From an uncultured Gemmatimonadaceae bacterium (GTDB lineage Bacteria; Gemmatimonadota; Gemmatimonadetes; Gemmatimonadales; Gemmatimonadaceae), in the NCBI GenBank assembly GCA_963829055.1, contig CAWHHI010000016.1, positions 416,001 through 480,000 of the forward strand: a stretch of 64,000 nt of DNA. The letters run 5' to 3'. The translations under genes were made by a program, and so were the position numbers. Every line of letters begins with the position of its first letter. The stretch's first letter is position 1. Shown here piece after piece: positions 62,780 through 64,000 of the stretch. A model generated the notes under the pieces. That model did no database searches, had not been told where the DNA came from, and worked only from the letters and a program-made list of their open reading frames with translations.

Positions 62780-63472
62780 GTGATCGGCGCCATCGCTTCG
62801 GTCACGGCGCTGTCCGCGGGCGCGCTCGCGTGGGGGGCTTACGAGCGAAATAGCCCGCTGTTCGGTCGCGTCCAGCACCGACTCGCCACGACGGACGCCG
62901 TCATCAGCCTGACGTTCGACGATGGGCCGAACTCGCGAGCCACACCGGCAATCCTCGACGCGTTAGGCGCCGAAGGCGTGTGCGCGACGTTCTTCGTGCT
63001 CGGCCGGCATGCGGATCGGTGGCCTGAGCTCGTCGACCGTGCCGCGCGCGAAGGGCATCGCATCGGCAATCACGGGTACTACCATCGGAAGCTCACCTGG
63101 AAAGCTCCGAGCTACGTCCGTGACGATATCTCTCGTGGCGCCGAGGCGATCGAGAGAGCGGGTGCTGCGCGTCCGGGGTTGTTCCGCGCACCACACGGAC
63201 AACGGAACCCGTGGGTGACTCCAATCGCGCGAACGCTCGGCCAGCGAACGATCGGCTGGACGCTCGGCGTGTGGGACACGGCGCGGCCTGGCTCGGACGT
63301 CATCGCGGATCGTGTCATTCGCGGTGCGGATCGCGGGTCGATCGTCTTGCTGCACGACGGCGACGGCTACGATGCCGACGGCGACCGCATGCAGACGGCG
63401 GACGCGCTCCCACGCATCATTCGTGGGCTCCGAGCGAGAGGGTTTACATTCGCGACGCTCGCGGCGACGTGA
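62780..63472 (+). CDS. polysaccharide deacetylase (NodB/CE4)
   Basis: LTFDDGP, ATFFVLG, IGNHGYYH, FRAPHG, IVLLHD. Confidence 0.92.
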   Translation: MIGAIASVTALSAGALAWGAYERNSPLFGRVQHRLATTDAVISLTFDDGPNSRATPAILDALGAEGVCATFFVLGRHADRWPELVDRAAREGHRIGNHGYYHRKLTWKAPSYVRDDISRGAEAIERAGAARPGLFRAPHGQRNPWVTPIARTLGQRTIGWTLGVWDTARPGSDVIADRVIRGADRGSIVLLHDGDGYDADGDRMQTADALPRIIRGLRARGFTFATLAAT

Positions 63473-64000
63473 GCGACAGCGAACGCCCGCAGCGCCGGTG
63501 GGTCCGGTGGCTTCTGCCCGTTGTCACGTTATCGCTGCTCGCCCTCTTCGCGCGCAGCATCGATTGGGGCCGCGCATGGAGCGCGATCGTACGCGCCGAT
63601 CCAACGCTGCTGTTGGTAGCGACGCTCGCCAACCTCGCGTCCATCGGCGTCAAGGGCGTGCGATGGTCGCTGTTCCTCACGGCCGCCGGCGTACCAGGCG
63701 TGGAACAGGCCGTTCGCGCGACGCTGGCGGGCGCCGCACTGAACAACGTGCTGATCGCGAACGGTGGGGACGCAGCGCGCGTTGCCGCCATGGCCCGTCG
63801 TGGCAACGTCTCGAGCGCGGCGGTCCTCGCGACTCTCGCCGTCGACCGGTTCTGCGACCTGGTCTCGTATGGAGCGATGTTCGCGTGTGCGGCCTTCGTG
63901 CTTCCGCTTCCACCGGAGTTGGCGCGGTGGAGAGTCCCTGGCTTCGTCGCGTTAGGTGCGTTGGCTGCCGTCGCGATCATCGTTGTGTGGAGAGCGTCGG
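63469..64000 (+). CDS. lysylphosphatidylglycerol-synthase-TM / flippase-like membrane protein (truncated by window end)
   Basis: Not in the ORF track. GTG overlaps the deacetylase stop; TM helices, RW, LNNVL...GGD, VDRFCD pattern. Confidence 0.75.
   Translation, partial: MSDSERPQRRWVRWLLPVVTLSLLALFARSIDWGRAWSAIVRADPTLLLVATLANLASIGVKGVRWSLFLTAAGVPGVEQAVRATLAGAALNNVLIANGGDAARVAAMARRGNVSSAAVLATLAVDRFCDLVSYGAMFACAAFVLPLPPELARWRVPGFVALGALAAVAIIVVWRAS

Noticed and set aside
60452..64000. Genomic island integrated at tRNA-Leu
   Set aside because: No integrase and no duplicated tRNA 3' end in the window; downstream genes look native and carry the host octamer.

Overview
GC-rich bacterial core-genome segment. 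Gene content and order suggest Gemmatimonadota (inference, not verified). It carries, in order: a minus-strand pur/psd/pssA/htrA/tal-like/truA run; a trp cluster interrupted by an antisense lexA and a HEAT + HD-GYP pair; an MCP; folK-panBC; rlmN; aspS-phoH-7TM-HD-ybeY-2xCBS; a MeaB/B12-mutase/carboxyltransferase/AtuA cluster; a U32 protein; recQ; an acyl-CoA dehydrogenase; rne/rng; rplU-rpmA; two amidohydrolases; an ECF sigma/anti-sigma/Spy-like module; tRNA-Leu(CAA); and a glycosyltransferase/deacetylase/flippase-like group. Nearly all genes in 1-48 kb are broken by 1-nt indels (probably long-read consensus errors), so many boundaries there are approximate. No transposase, integrase, prophage or CRISPR was seen. 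Most notable signals: (1) a strand-polarised, highly iterated octamer CGTTAGGC embedded in coding sequence regardless of gene direction, with degenerate copies clustered upstream of an orphan HTH-like gene; (2) a transaldolase-fold protein lacking the Schiff-base lysine and other catalytic residues; (3) a mutase with isobutyryl-CoA-mutase specificity residues linked to AtuA and a lone carboxyltransferase; (4) a candidate direct-repeat LexA box.
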